From Eledone cirrhosa (lineage: Eukaryota), in assembly GCA_964016885.1 (NCBI GenBank), contig OZ024765.1, forward strand, positions 12,710,001 through 12,774,000: a stretch of DNA of 64,000 nt, read 5' to 3'. This document shows, piece by piece, positions 27,641 to 42,200 of the stretch. A program made the position numbers and the translations under genes. The number at the start of each line of letters is the position of its first letter. Position 1 is the stretch's first letter. Under the pieces are notes generated by a model. It searched no databases. It was given only the letters and a program-made list of their open reading frames with translations, and was not told where the DNA came from.

Positions 27641-27859
27641 ATTGTTTCTACGTTAGGCACAAGGCCAGCAATTACCCAGTGTATTACTGGTACTTTATTT
27701 TATCAACCCCGTAAGGATGAAAGGCAAAGTTAACCTCGGCGGGATTTGAACTCAAAATGGCAAGGGCCGTAACTCTATGCGCCAAAACATGGCATCCGAC
27801 ACTCTACCAATACTGCCAATCCACCGCCTTATATATATAATAATAATAATAATGAAATA

Positions 27860-28115
27860 TTGTGTACAGTGCTCAGGTGCACTACAACTCATCAAAAAGT
27901 GTATGTATAGTACATAGGGTAATGTACAAACATCAGGAAAATGAACAGTGCACGAGTCATAATACACACATGTGTGCATGTGTATGGAAGGGGTACATCA
28001 GGTGTAGTTTTGGCGTATTTCGAGAAGCATGAGTGTCTTAAAGGATGCAGTGTCTCGGCAGCTAACAACTGACGCAGGCAGTTTGTTCCATGCTTCAGCA
28101 ACTCTGAGCGTGAAA
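27860..28115 (-). mobile_element. CR1-type LINE 3' end fragment
   Basis: FF.LRVAEAWNKL-type 3' coding motif; same family at about 49680-50270. Confidence 0.7.
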
Positions 28116-28146
<31 letters not shown>

Positions 28147-28929
28147 CATCACCGTTTACATCCGTTCTTCCATGCTAGCATGGGTTAGACGGGTTGTCCT
28201 GCTGTGGGCAGTGTCCGGTCGGCTGATCCTGTCTTGCTCTGACGGGAACTGATTCTGGCTTGATTTCTACAGCTGGATGCCCTTCCTAACACCAACCTCA
28301 TTTACAGTGTGGGCTGGGTGCTTTTTTGCCGTGGCACTTCCACGACCACTTTGCCGTGGAAGGGGGTGGGGGCGTATTGTCTATATGCTTCAGCTTCGGC
28401 TTGTACCCATGGGAGGTCGGGTACTCTGTATTACTGCGTGACACACAGAGGTCACGGTCTCACATAATATCGAATCTATGAAATTTTGATGTTATTTATT
28501 TTGAGAACAATGCCTTAATGTCAGTATGAGTAGCCAGTTACAGCTGGTTTGAACAGAAAGAGGTGAGATAATTCTGGCTGGATACAGCTGGTTTAAATGC
28601 TAAAGGGTTAACTTAGTAGAAATATTTAACTTGATGTCTTTATTAATATCATGTCAGTGGTGAACTGACAAAGTTTTCAGATTACAGGTTTCTCTCAACA
28701 TTTGTTCTGGTTCACTGCATTCTGAGTTTAACTTCTGCTAAGGTCAACTTTGTATTTCATCCTTTTTAGGTCAGTCAATTCTTCCTTTATATCTCTTTCT
28801 CACTTCCTCCCTATCACACGCACTCTCTTCTTCTTCTTCTTCTTCTTCTTCTTCTTCTTCTTCTTCTTCTTCTTCCTCTTCCTCTTCCTCCTCCTCCTCC
28901 TCCTCCTCCTCTTCCTCTTCTTCTTTGCC

Positions 28930-29460
28930 CACTTATTCGTGAGCGGGTTGTAGTGTCAGTCCTCTAACACTCCCTCCAGCCAGCTGGTCCTGTCAGAAGC
29001 AACTGACTCCAACTGATCTGACTGGATCCCCAAGCGTGACCAGCCAAGCTCATGGATGTTATCCAACCATCTTGCTCAGGGTCTACCCCCCCCCCCCGCG
29101 TCTCTTGCCGGCTGGTTTTGCTCATAAAACCTGTCCAGCGATTCTTTCCTGAGACATTCTAACCACATGTCCATAGTATCAGAGCTGTGATCTCTCAATT
29201 CAGAGCAGTAGCAGCTCTACCTGGAATGACTCTCTGATCTCTGAGCTACAAATATCTCCAGCAATTCTTTCCTGAGACATTCTAACCACATAGCCATAGT
29301 ATTGGAGCTGTGATCTCTCAATTTCGAGAAGTAGCAGCTCTACCTGGAATGACTCTCTGATCTCCGAGTTACACACTTTATTGAGTAACATTGCTCCAAA
29401 GATTCATCGGAGGAATCTCATTTTGACAGCTTGTATTTGCAATCCTATTCTTTTGATCAT
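28930..29460 (-). mobile_element. RTE LINE 3' end fragment with internal duplication
   Basis: SEIRESFQVELLLLEIERSQLQYYGYVVRMSQER, partly duplicated, followed by a (GAA)n tail. Confidence 0.75.
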
Positions 29461-30458
29461 TACTTTATCATAAGATCATAGTTGTGCTCCAGACGACCAG
29501 ACAATCTTCCTCACTTCCTCTCTATTATGTTACAAATGCACCATTACAACTCCATCAGATGTTGGTTGTCCATACATACATAATACTTTGTAATAAGATC
29601 ATGGCTGTGTTCCAGACGACCTGATTCCCTTCCTCTGTCATACAATCTCTCGTTCTGTTCAGAGCTGGAGAGGAGATGGGCTCACACCACCAGGTTTAAA
29701 GTGCTTAAGACACGCTTTATGTTGGTTGTCCATACTTATATAGTTACTATATAAGATCATGGCTATGTTCCAGACGACCAGTTTCACGTCTCCTCTATCA
29801 TGGTATCTTTCCTGTATTCAGACCTAGAGAGGAGATTGGTTTACACAGCCAGGTTTACACAGCCAGGTTTACACAGCCAGGTTTACACAGCCAGGTTTAA
29901 AGTGCTCAACACATGCTTTATGTTACAAATCCTCCCCTACAACTCCATCAGATGTCTGAGGCCCATACATACATAATTCTTTATCATAAGATCACAGTTG
30001 TGTTCCAAACAACAAGCCGACCAGATCACCCTGTCTCAGGCTGTACCCCTAAGCACTCTTGACCTATATTTATTCTATTCATTGCCAAGATAAATTACAT
30101 TTACCATCAGTTAGTTTTTTACTTTTTCACCTGACTTGTCTTGCATGAATTCATTGGGGTGGCTTTGGTGTAGGTGTGTGTGTGTGGGTCTGTGTGTGTC
30201 CATGTGTGTGTGTATGTGTGTGAGTGTGTAGGTCTGTGTGAGTGTGTATGAGTGTGTAGATATGTGTGTGTGTCTGTGTATGTGTGTGTGTGTGTGCGTA
30301 TGTCTGTGTATGTGTGTATGTATGTATGTATGTGTGTATATATGTGTGTGAATGTATGTGTGGGTATATGTACGTGTGTTTATGTATGTTTATGTGTATA
30401 TAGATATATATATATGTGTGTGTGTGTGTGCATATATATATATATATATATACATATA

Positions 30459-30523
<65 letters not shown>

Positions 30524-30794
30524 TCATCATCAGTTAACGGCTATTTCCCTCTCTCTCTCTTCTCCCTCTCACTCCCCTTCTCTTTCCCCCTCTCTTTCCC
30601 CTTCTTTCTCTCTCTTTCTCCCCCGGCCCCTCCTTCTCTCTGCCCCTCTCTCTCTTCCCCTTCTCCCTATCATGCCCCCCCCCCCCCTGCTTGCCACTAT
30701 AGAAACCTACCAAACATATATTTTACTACTTCTAATCTAAATGATATAACGTAGGTGCCCTTCATTCAGTCCTAACCTCACCCCTCCTCCTAAG

Positions 30795-30835
<41 letters not shown>

Positions 30836-30884
30836 TGGTTGTTGCCTCTATTGCTGCCTCTGTTGCTGTTGAGGCTAATGGCTC

Positions 30885-31550
30885 ACTCAAGGCTGCCTCA
30901 GGTGTCACACTCAAGGGTTGCCTCATGTGTTACACTCAAGAACCATCTCAGGTGTCACACTCAAGGACCACCTCATATGTGTCACACTCAAGGGCTGCCT
31001 CCACACTCAAGGCTGCCTCAGGTGTCACACTCAAGGGTTGCCCCATGTGTCACACTCAAGGGCCATCTCAGGTGTCACACTCAAGGACCACCTCATATGT
31101 GTCACACTCAAGGGCTGCCTCCACACTCAAGGCTGCCTCAGGTGTCACACTCAAGGGTTGCCCCATGTGTCACACTCAAGGGCCATCTCAGGTATCACAC
31201 TCAAGGACCACCTCATATGTGTCACACTCAAAGGCTGCCTCGTGTGTCACACTCAAGGGCTGCCTCGTGTGTCACACTCAAGGGCTGCCTCATGTGTCTC
31301 ACTCAAGGACTGCCTCATGTGTCACACTCAAGGGCTGCCTCATGTGTCACACTCAAGGGCTGCCTCATGTGTCTCACTCAAGGACTGCCTCATGTGTCAC
31401 ACTCAAGGGCTGCCTCATGTGTCACACTCAGGGGCTGCCTCAGGTGTCACACTCAAGGCCTGCCTCATGTGTCACACTCAAGGGTTGCCTTAGTTTGTAC
31501 ACTCAAGGACTGCCACAGGTGTCACACTCAAGGGCTGCCTCATGTGCCAC
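30885..31550. repeat. 25-bp minisatellite with a 120-bp higher-order unit
   Basis: Unit GTGTCACACTCAAGGGCTGCCTCAT; the first part repeats at a 120-bp period. Confidence 0.9.
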
Positions 31551-32464
31551 ACACTTCACTCATAGCAAGCAACAGTACTCCTTAGCTCATCCTTTATATT
31601 GTAATATGTAATATAGTTGAACTGTTCTCTCTCTCTCTGTCTCTCTCACTCACTCTCTCACTCTCTCTCTCTCTCTCTCACTCAGCCCTTCTCTCACTCT
31701 CCTTCTCGCCCTCTCCCTCCTTCCCCGCTCTCTCTAATACCATCACCACCATAACCACCACCACAATACCACCTCTACCATACCACCACCACCATTACCA
31801 TAACTATATCATCATACTACCACCGGCACTATATAACCACCATACCATCACTACCATATCACCATCATAACCACCACAACCAAACCACCACCACCATCAC
31901 CACTACACCACCACCACAACCCCCACCACAACCACAAACAACCACCACCATAACCACCACCACCACCACAACAACAACCACCACCAACATACCACCACCA
32001 TACCACCACCACCACAACCACCACCACCACAACCAACATACCACCACCACCATAACCACCACCATAACCCACCACCATCACCATAACCCACCACCATCAC
32101 CATAACCACCACCACCGTAACCACCACCACCAACATACCACCACCAACATACCACCACAACCATACCACCACCTCAACCACCACCACCACCACCACCACC
32201 ACCACCACCATCACCAATCTACTCTACCCCCCCCCCCCTTCAATAGCTATAGCAGTATATTCTTGAGTCTTAACTAGGTCACCATCTAACTAGATGTCTT
32301 CTTTCTTACACCCCCACATCATTCACACCCAGGTTCCCCACCCCACTCTACCACACCCTACCCTGCAGTAAAATCTGGTCCAAATTATTGGGGTCACACG
32401 CCACCCCCTCTCCCCTCCATCATCTACCACACCCAGACATCAACTGGATTATCTCACCAAACTG

Positions 32465-33400
32465 GTGTTGTTGTTAGTGTTGGCTGTTGTTGTTAGTGTT
32501 GGCTGTTGTTGTTAATGTAGTTGTTGTTAGTGTTGGTGTTGTTAGTGTTGGCTGTTGTTGTTAGTGTTGTTGTTGTTAGTGTTGGCTGTTGTTGTTAGTG
32601 TTGTTGTTAATGTAGTTGTTGTTAGTGTTGGCTGTTGTTGTTAGTGTTGTTGTTGTTAGTGTTGGCTGTTGTTGTTAGTGTTGTTGTTGTTAGTGTTGGC
32701 TGTTGTTGTTAGTGTTGTTGTTAGTGTTGGCTGTTGTTGTTAGTGTTGTTGTTAATGTAGTTGTTGTTAGTGTTGTTGTTGTTAGTGTTGGCTGTTGTTG
32801 TTAGTGTTGTTGTTGTTAGTGTTGGCTGTTGTTGTTAGTGTTGTTGTTGTTAGTGTTGGCTGTTGTTGTTAGTGTTGTTGTTGTTGTTAGTGTTGGCTGT
32901 TGTTGTTAGTGTTGTTGTTAGTGTTGGCTGTTGTTGTTAATATAGTTGTTGTTAGTGTTGTTGTTGTTAGTGTTGGCTGTTGTTAATGTAGTTGTTGTTA
33001 GTGTTGGTGTTGTTAGTGTTGTCTGTTGTTGTTAATGCAGTTGTTGTTAGTGTTGTCTGTTGTTGTTAATGTAGTTGTTGTTAGTGTTGTCTGTTGTTGT
33101 TAATGTAGTTGTTGTTACTGTTGCTGTTGTTGTTAGTGTAATTGTTGTTGTTAGTGTTGGTGTGATTGTTAATGTTGTTGTTGTTAGTGTTGCTGTTGTT
33201 AGTGTTGCTGTTGTTAGTGTTGTTGTTGTTGTTGCTGTTAGTGCTTGTGTTGTTGTTAGTGTTGTTGTTGTTGCTGTTAGTGCTGGTGTTGTTGTTAGTG
33301 TTGCTGTTGTTGTTAGTGTTGCTGTTGTTGTTGGCGTTGTTGTTGTTGGCATTGTTGTTAGTGTTGGTGTTGTTAGTATTGTTATTGTCAGTGTTGTTGT
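32465..33400. repeat. (GTT)n-based complex repeat
   Basis: GTTGTTGTTAGTGTTGGCT motifs. Confidence 0.9.
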
Positions 33401-34207
33401 AGAAATTATTATAAATCTAATTAGTTTTGATATTTCAGGTAAAATACTCCTTTATAAGTGTGAAGGTGCATGGCTTAGTGGTTAGGGTGTTTGGCACGCT
33501 ATTGTACGGTCGTGAGTTTGAGGAATATCTGTAGTACATAGTGTCCTTGAGTAAGACACTCAAGTCACTTTTTTTCATGTTGTTCCAGTCCACCTCATTT
33601 GCTTGCCAAGTGGGATAGACCTCGTCAAATCAGACCAAGGAAACAATGTTTTCATTGGTCTTTCCATCGCTGATACTATCTAGCAGTTGCAACTCCTGAC
33701 AGAAAGAGCAACATGAAATAAAATGTCTTGCTCAAGGACATAAAGCATCACCCGATCCGAGAATTGAACTCACAACCTCACGATTGTGAATCCAACTCTG
33801 TAACCACTAAGCCATGCTCCTTCAGAGAGCTAAATAGAACAAATATTGCAAAGCATTCTATCTAACTTTCTACAAATTCTGCAAATTTTCTGCCCAGCAC
33901 TGGCAATGTACGGTATTTCATAAGAAATGAAGTAACGAAAGGTTTAACAGCAACATGGATAAAAAAAAATTCATCTTATTGAAAAAAGAGAAAAATATAC
34001 ATTTTTTTAATTCTAAAACACTGAGAAAATAAAAAAAAAATATGGTAAAAATTAATTAATAAATAAAAATAAATGCATTCAGCAATTCTCTTATCTCTGA
34101 TAAGAGTTTGTGTTTTTTTTCATTGGTTTGGATATATGAATATATATGCTGGGACACGCGGAAATGCGGTTTCGTGTTAAAGACTGAAGTGCAAGGTGAT
34201 AAGAGAC

Positions 34208-35230
34208 ATATATAATATAAACCAGGGAGATAAAAATCTATACTATGGTTCGTGTTTGTCCATCCTTACTAACAAATTTCAACAAAATACTCTACAAGTA
34301 CTTTAATACTTTTACTTCTTTTCCTTCTTCTGTCTTTTCCTTCTTCTTCTTCTTCTTCTTCTCCTTCTCCTCCCCCTCCTCCTCCTTCTGATGATGGTGA
34401 ATTATGGCAATGATTGTAGTGATGATGACGATGATGATGAATTTGAGAGAGAGATGGTGATGATGACAATGATGATGATAATAATGGTGGCTTCTTCCTT
34501 TTCTATCTCCTCCTCCTCCTCCTCCTCCTCACCCACCCCCCTCCTCTTCTGACCAAGTGTAAACTGAAGAAACCGGCTGACATTTTGGGTGGAACCTGAT
34601 ATAAATATCTTTGTCATACGACGGACATTGAGATACTTTAAACAACATTGTTTATTTCAGGAATGTAATATAATGATGATGATGATGATGGTGATGATAT
34701 TTATGATGATGATGGTGATGATATTGATGGTAATGTATATACATATATAATATAAACCAGGGAGATAAAAATCCATACTATGGTTCATGTTTGTCCATCC
34801 TTACTAACACATTTTAGCAAAATACTCTACAAGTACTTTAATACTTTTACTTCTTCTTCTTCTTCTGTCTTTTCCTTCTTCTTCTTCTTCTTCTTCTTCT
34901 TCTTCTTCTTCTTCCCCTCCTTCTTGTCTCCTTCTTCTTCTTCTTATGATGATGATGATGATGATGGTGAATTATGGCAATGATTGTAGTGATGATGGCG
35001 ATGATGATGAATTTGAGAGAGAGAGAGAGAGACGGTGATAATAATGGTGGCTTCTTCCTTTTCTATCTCCTCCCCCTCCCCCCTCCTCCCCTCCCTCCCC
35101 CTCCTCTTCTGACCAAGTGTAAACTGAAGAAAACGGCTGACATTTTGGGTGGAACCTGATAAAAACATCTTTGTCATACGACGGACATTGAGATACTTTA
35201 AACAACATTGTTTATTTCAGGAATGTAATA
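34208..35230. repeat. Diverged tandem duplication of about 535 bp
   Basis: About 34208-34670 matches 34742-35230 (AAACCAGGGAGATAAAAATC...CAGGAATGTAATATAAT); differences are mostly microsatellite length. Confidence 0.9.
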
Positions 35231-35631
35231 TAATTGTTTCTACTTTTGGCTCAAGAGGCCAGCAATTATCCCAGTGTATTACTGGTGCTTTATTTTATCA
35301 ACCCCATAAGGATGAAAGCAAAGTTAACCTCGGCGGGATTTGAACTTTGAACATAAAGGGCCGTAACTCTTTGCTGCAAAGTATGGCGTCCGACCTTCTA
35401 CCGATACTGCCAAACCACCACCCTTGTAATATAATGATGATGATGATGATATTGATGGTGATGATGATGATAATTTTCTATTTTATTGGTTGGAAAGTTA
35501 GTCATTTTCAACCCACCCCTACCCACAAGCACCAGCACCACAGAGTGATAACTGGGAAAATTATAGCATTGTGTGTGGGTGTATATATATATATATATAT
35601 ATGTGTATATATACATCTCTCTGTGTGTATA

Positions 35632-35665
<34 letters not shown>

Positions 35666-35847
35666 GGTTTGAAGGTTCACCACTGGACAATTCCGTATGG
35701 TCAATCTTGATGTAAAAATATGGAGAGTACTCAACGTAAAGCAGCTCAACCGTCTTCATTTGTGTAGTTGGCGGTGCGAGTACGGAGTTAAATATTATAA
35801 TAAAATAACAGGAGGTTGGACTTGTGTAAATCCTTGAAAGGTTTATT

Positions 35848-35905
35848 ATACTATGATCATTTCAATGACCGGCTTCAGTATGAATCCGGTGATATCATCA
35901 GGTAT
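35848..35905 (-). ncRNA. Type I hammerhead motif
   Basis: Minus strand: ATAC-CTGATGA-tATcACCGG...CCGGTcATt-GAAA-TGATCA-TA-GTAT; palindromic stem III. Confidence 0.75.
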
Positions 35906-36011
35906 TTGAAATAGAATAAATGAATGTAACAGATAAAATCCATGGGGCTGAAAATCATAGACCCGAGGACGACCGACCATCTAGCATCTTCCACTTTAGC
36001 CGGTCGCCCTC

Positions 36012-36046
<35 letters not shown>

Positions 36047-36326
36047 CAGGGAGAAACCAACAATTTTATTTACTCCAGGCTAAATTGTTTATACCCACAC
36101 ATAATCTTGAACTTACCACTAATAACTGAATGTGTATTCTCTGAATCACGGTCTGATGCTTCGGAAATGCAAGTCCTGTGAATTGATTGAGCTAGTGGAG
36201 AAGTTCAACGTACTAGCACAAACTCAGTTTGTCTAGTTCGAGACACATACACATATATATATATATATGTCATCATCATCATTTTACATCTGCTTTCAAA
36301 AACATCCAGTCTAAACTAATGAGATT

Positions 36327-36730
36327 GTGTAGGTGTCACAACAAAAAAGAACACACAGTCCACGCTGTAATGTGGCCTTGTAGGTGTCACAACAAAAAAA
36401 CACACAGTCCACGCTGTAATGTGGCCGTGTAGGTGTCATGACAAAAAACACACAGTCCATGCTGTAATGTGGCCGTGTAGGTGTCACAACAAAAAAACAC
36501 ACAGTCCATGCTGTAATGTGGCCATGTAGGTGTCACAACAAAAGAACATACAGCCCACGCTGTAATGTGGCCGTGTAGGTGTCACAACAAAAAAACACAC
36601 AGTCCACGCTGTAATGTGGCCATGTAGGTGTCACAACAAAAAACACACAGTCCACGCTGTAATGTGGCCGTGTAGGTGTCACAACAAAAAAAAACACAGT
36701 CCACGCTGTAATGTGGTTGTGTAGGTAACA
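36327..36730. repeat. Minisatellite of about 50 bp derived from a retroelement internal segment
   Basis: GTAGGTGTCACAACAAAAAAACACACAGTCCACGCTGTAATGTGGCC, about 8 copies, running into the common GTTGGTGTTAGGAAGGGCATCCAGC element. Confidence 0.85.
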
Positions 36731-36985
36731 CGGTAAAAAGTTCCCACTCTACACTGTAAATGTGGTTGGTGTTAGGAAGGGCATCCAGCCGTAGAAAACC
36801 TGCCAGATAGTCCTATATGAGTGAGGCACGGTCACCTGACTAATCTTGCCTCAAGTGGGACAATTCCCATCTAACCCATGCTAGCGTGGAAGATAGATGT
36901 TAAATGATGATGATGATGATTTTTCCCTACTTGCAAGGGTGGGATGGGTCTTATTAAGCACCGCATCTCTCCATTCATCACGGTC

Positions 36986-37049
<64 letters not shown>

Positions 37050-37489
37050 AAATGTGTGAAATCCTTGGTACAGTTAGGTATATTTGAAAAAGGGAAAAGA
37101 ATGACTTGACTTGTAGTTGGTATTTTATAACAATTTAATTTTATAATTTTATAATTTTCCTTCGTACAAGTGAAGTCATTCTTTTCCTTTTTCAAATATA
37201 CCTAACTGTATCAAATATATCTATATATGTGTGTGTATGTATCCCGGGATCAATTGGGGGTAACCACAGTAGGTAAGGTACTCAGTACATAACAGAGTAT
37301 AAATGTTTAATATAGAAATGCTTCCCGATGATTTCCTTCGAATTACACAGTTCTAGTCCTGTAGAAGCCATCTCTCTCTCTCTTTCTCTCTCTCTCTCTC
37401 CCTCTCTCTCTCTATATATATATATATCATCATCATCATCATCGTTTAATGTCCATCTTCCACGCTCGCATATATATATATATATACAC

Positions 37490-37519
37490 ACACACTAGCA
37501 CGTCCATCTTGCACGCTAG

Positions 37520-37551
<32 letters not shown>

Positions 37552-37755
37552 CGCGCACACACATACACACACATATATATATATATACACACACATATAT
37601 ATATACACACACACTAGCACGTCCATCTTCCACGCTAGTATATATATATATATATATACACACACGCGCGCACGCACATACACACACATATATATATATA
37701 CACACACATATATATATATACACACACCCACTAGCACGTCCATCTTCCACGCTAG

Positions 37756-37789
<34 letters not shown>

Positions 37790-38090
37790 CGCACACACAT
37801 ACACACACATATATATATATATACACACACATATATATATATACACACACACACTAGCACGTCCATCTTCCACGCTAGTATATATATATATATATACACA
37901 CGCGCGCACACACATACACACACATATATATATATATACACACACATATATATATATACACACACACTAGCACGTCCATCTTCCACGCTAGTATATATAT
38001 ATATATATACACACACACGCGCGCACACACATACACACACATATATATATATACACACACACTAGCACGTCCATCTTCCACGCTAGTATA
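37490..38090. repeat. Minisatellite of about 120 bp: CACTAGCACGTCCATCTTCCACGCTAG + (TA/CA)n
   Basis: Six anchor copies. Confidence 0.9.
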
Positions 38091-38501
38091 TATATATATA
38101 TATACACACACACGCGCGCACACACATACACACACATATATATATATACACACATATATATATACACACACACACATATATATATACACACACACATATA
38201 TATATATATATACACACACACACATATATATATACACACACACACATATATATATACACACACACACATATATATACACACACACACATATATATATACA
38301 CACACACACATATATATATACACACACACACATATATATATACACACACACACATATATATATACACACACACATATATATATACACACACACACATATA
38401 TATATACACACACACACATATACATACACACACACACACACACACACTAGTACTACTACTACTACCACCAAAATTGTGATGCTTTAAAGAAAAACACTCA
38501 C

Positions 38502-38571
38502 CAAAGATGCAAAAACTAAGACAGAAGACATACAACGAGAACAATAGAGAGACAAGCCTAGCAACGGCCAT
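38502..38571 (-). CDS. First coding exon encoding a signal peptide
   Basis: MAVARLVSLLFSLYVFCLSFCIF + G, then consensus donor GTGAGT (phase 1); candidate upstream acceptor CTTAACCAG at about 38731. Confidence 0.6.
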
Positions 38572-38779
38572 AGCAACAGCGATGAAATATAATTCTAAGT
38601 GCTTAAAACACTCGAAGTTCTCAATACAACACTATAGTGGCTGGTGATGGCCCTCACTCCAGAGTGGCTGCACTAGCAAGATATTCACTGGTGAGGGTGG
38701 CCTTGTTATTAAAATGAGGAACACTTCCTTCTGGTTAAGTGTTTACTTGGTTAATTGATGGTTCTGGAAGTTTGGGGTT

Positions 38780-39530
38780 GAGTTTGGTACAGTGGGGGGG
38801 GGGTAGTGGGGCTGGTGGTGGTGGTGATGGTGTGAGGTTGATGGTGGGGGTCTTGCTTGGTACAGTGGGGGGTGGGTGTGTGGGTGGGGGTTGATGGCGG
38901 TGGTGGTGGTGGTGGTGGGTGGTGGGGGTGATAGTGGGGCTGGTGGTGGTGGTGATGGTGTGAGGTTGATGGTGGGGGTGTTGCTTGGTACAGTGGGGGT
39001 GGGTGGGTTGATGGCGGTGGCGTGGGGGGGGGGGGCTGTGATAGTGGGCTGGTGGTGATGGTGTGAGGTTGATGGTGGGGGGTGTTGCTTGGTACAGTGG
39101 TGGTGGGTGGGTTGATGGCGGTGGCGTGGGGGGGGGGGGGGGCTGTGATAGTGGGCTGGTGGTGATGGTGTGAGGTTGATGGTGGGGGTGTTGCTTGGTA
39201 CAGTGGTGGTGGGTGTGTGGGTGAGGGTTGATGGCGGTGGCGTGGGGGGGGGGGGGCTGTGATACTGGGCTGGTGGTGATGGTGTGAGGTTGATGGTGGG
39301 GGTGTTGCTTGGTACAGTGGTGGTGGGTGTGTGGGTGGGGGTTGATGGCGGTGGCGTGGGGGGGGCTGTGATAGTGGGCTGGTGGTGATGGTGTGAGGTT
39401 GATGGTGGGGGTGTTGCTTGGTACAGTGGTGGTGGGGGTGGGGGTTGATGGCGGGTGGTGGTGATAGTGGGGCTGGTGGTGGTGGTGATGGTGTAAGGTT
39501 GATGATGGGGGTGTTGTTTGGTACAGTAAT
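38780..39530 (+). repeat. G-rich minisatellite (G-quadruplex-prone)
   Basis: Units of about 100-120 bp with GGTGTGAGGTTGATGGTGGGGG and G-runs over 10 nt. Confidence 0.85.
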
Positions 39531-40432
39531 TAGCAGTGGTGGTGGAGGTGGGGTGGGTAGTGTTGATGGTTGTGGTGGTGGTGGTGGGTGGGTGGGGATG
39601 TTTGGTGGTGGGGGTTTTGTTGGTGATGGTGGTGTTTGGTGGTGGTGGTGGTGGGGTGTTGATTGGTGGCAGTGGTGGTGTTGATTGTGGTTGGTTATGG
39701 TGGTGGTGGTGGTGGAGGCAGAGGAGTTGTTGTTGGAGGAGGTGGTGCTGATTGTGATAATAGTGTTGGTGATGGAGGTGATGATTGTTGTTGGTGGTGA
39801 TGGCTGCTGTAGTTGTTATTGTTGTTAGGGCGGTGGATTGGCAGTATCGGTAGAGAGTCGGACGCCATGCTTTGACGCATAGAGTCACGGCCCTTGCCAT
39901 TCTGAGTTCAAATCCCGCCGAGGTTTACTTTACCTTTCATCCTTACGAGGTCGATAAAATAAAGTACCAGTAATGCACTGGGTAATTTGCTGGCCGTGTG
40001 CCTAAAGTAGAAACAGTTATTGTTGTTAGTGTTGATTGTGATGGTGGTGGTGGTTCATGTATGCGGTGGCTGTTGTTGTTGTTGTTGATTGTGGTGGTGG
40101 TGGAGGTTCATGTATGCGGTGGCTGTTGTTGTTGTTGTTGTTGTTGATTGTGGTGGTGGTGGTGGCGCTCACTAGTTGTGGGGGTTGAAAAGGACGAAAG
40201 ACAAAGTTGACTTTGGGGCGATTCGAACTCTGAACGTGAAGACGATCTAGTTACAATAAAAGAATAACAATTAAATAAAAAATAAAAACACGAAAGAGCA
40301 CTCCCGAATAGAATTACAAAAGTTATCTCCCTTGAAATATTTGAATTGGAATATTTTCTTTAACATGGAAACTTTAATTTAAGTAACAGCCGTACTAAGA
40401 GTGGGAAATTAAATTTCGTTTCATTTTTTCCG

Positions 40433-40495
<63 letters not shown>

Positions 40496-40775
40496 CATGC
40501 ATTTCACAACACGCACATTCGAAATTTTAACGTCTTTTCATTTCATTTAACTTAAATCTGCTCTCCAAACAAACAAGTCTATCTGATCGATTTTTAAGTC
40601 TCTCATAGGGTTACTCCCTTGATAAGGGATTTTTAAGCCCTAAAATATTTGGGATCATTACATTTTCCAAGGTAAGATTCTTTTGTTATCTTGGCAATTT
40701 AACATTCTTCATACACATGGTTTTGGTTTTCAAAATTAAAATTTGAGTTTCCTATTCAACAATGCTTCAAAACTC

Positions 40776-40817
<42 letters not shown>

Positions 40818-41012
40818 TAATTGTTTCTACGTTAGGCACAAGGCCAGCAATTAACCAGTGTATTACTGGTACTTTATTTTATCGACCCAGTAATAAGAAG
40901 TTGATAGAACTAGCATATGGTTTCCTTGCTAGTACTGGTTGTATATATATATATATATATATATATAGTGACGAAACATAAGTCAATTGCATGAACTCAT
41001 AATCCTTTATTT

Positions 41013-41068
41013 ACTGCTATATATATTTCGATGATAGCCATTGAATGGCTATGACCTCATCAGGCAGT
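41013..41068 (-). ncRNA. Type I hammerhead motif
   Basis: Minus strand: ACTGC-CTGATGA-GGTcATAGCCAT tca ATGGCTATcATC-GAAA-TATATA-TA-GCAGT; strong stems I and II, palindromic stem III. Confidence 0.85.
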
Positions 41069-41343
41069 TAGTCAGTTCTTAGATATGCCAGCTCTGTGTT
41101 TATAGTGTTGATGGTATCAGAGCCTTGGGACATATCAAGATTATATATATATATAATCTTGATTTTTTTCTAATATTGAATTCTAATGCTCTGCTACCTG
41201 AACCATCCTTAACAAGATATTTAACTGTCGATAACTTAATCTTCCGTTTTAAATTCCTGTTGAACCAAGGATAGTAACGTGCATAGAGCTTATATCAACT
41301 TACCAAAGATAATAGTGAAATACTACACTATAATCACATATTT

Positions 41344-41404
<61 letters not shown>

Positions 41405-41984
41405 TACCCGACTTCCCATGGGTACAAGCCGAAGCTGAAGCGTATAGACAATATGCCTCCACCCCCTTCCTTTATGTTCTGAGTTCAAATTCTGCCGAGG
41501 TTAACTTTGCCTTCCATCCTTACGGGGTCGATAAAATAAAGTACCAGTAATGCACTGGGTATTTGCTGGCCTTGTGCCAAAAGTAGAAACAATTATGTAT
41601 TATTGACAATTTCTGTGAAGGCAGGTCTTTCTGGAAATAGGGTTGGCTGAAGGTATTACATGGCCATAAGGGGGTAGGGGACCCAAAATGTTTGAGAACC
41701 TTTAACTCATAAATAAGTCAACGTAAATATTTTTAGTACAAAAAAATCATTTATTTTCTAAACATTAATATAATTTTATATAAAATATCACAAAAAGCTG
41801 GGAAAATTCAACACAGAATATAAATAAATAATATATAAATAATATATATAAATATAATAAATATTTTTTTGTAAGTCTATTTCTTTGAATTTTACATTTT
41901 TTCTTTTTTAACATTTGGTATATACAGGGAGAGTCAAAAGTAAGCAGGAAGTCAATGTATTTTTATTGCAGGGTTCACATAGTA

Positions 41985-42200
41985 TTAACCCTTTAGCATT
42001 TAAACTGGCTGTATCCGGCCAGAATTCTCTCACCTCTTTCTGTTCAAACCCTCTGTAACCAACTGCACATACTTATGTTAAGGTATTGTTCTCAAAATAA
42101 ATAATATCAGAATCTCATAGATTTGATATTATGTGAGATAAAGTGTTTACTCTGAAAATACAATAGTAAATATAGAGTAATGTAAATGCTAAAGGGTTAA
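41985..42200 (+). mobile_element. TTAA-flanked MITE
   Basis: TTAACCCTTTAGCATTTA...TAAATGCTAAAGGGTTAA; lies about 500 bp 3' of the F-box stop codon. Confidence 0.85.

Noticed and set aside
37320-37368. Copy of the 21551 hammerhead family
   Set aside because: Core mutated (CCGATGA, TACA in place of GAAA); not called functional.
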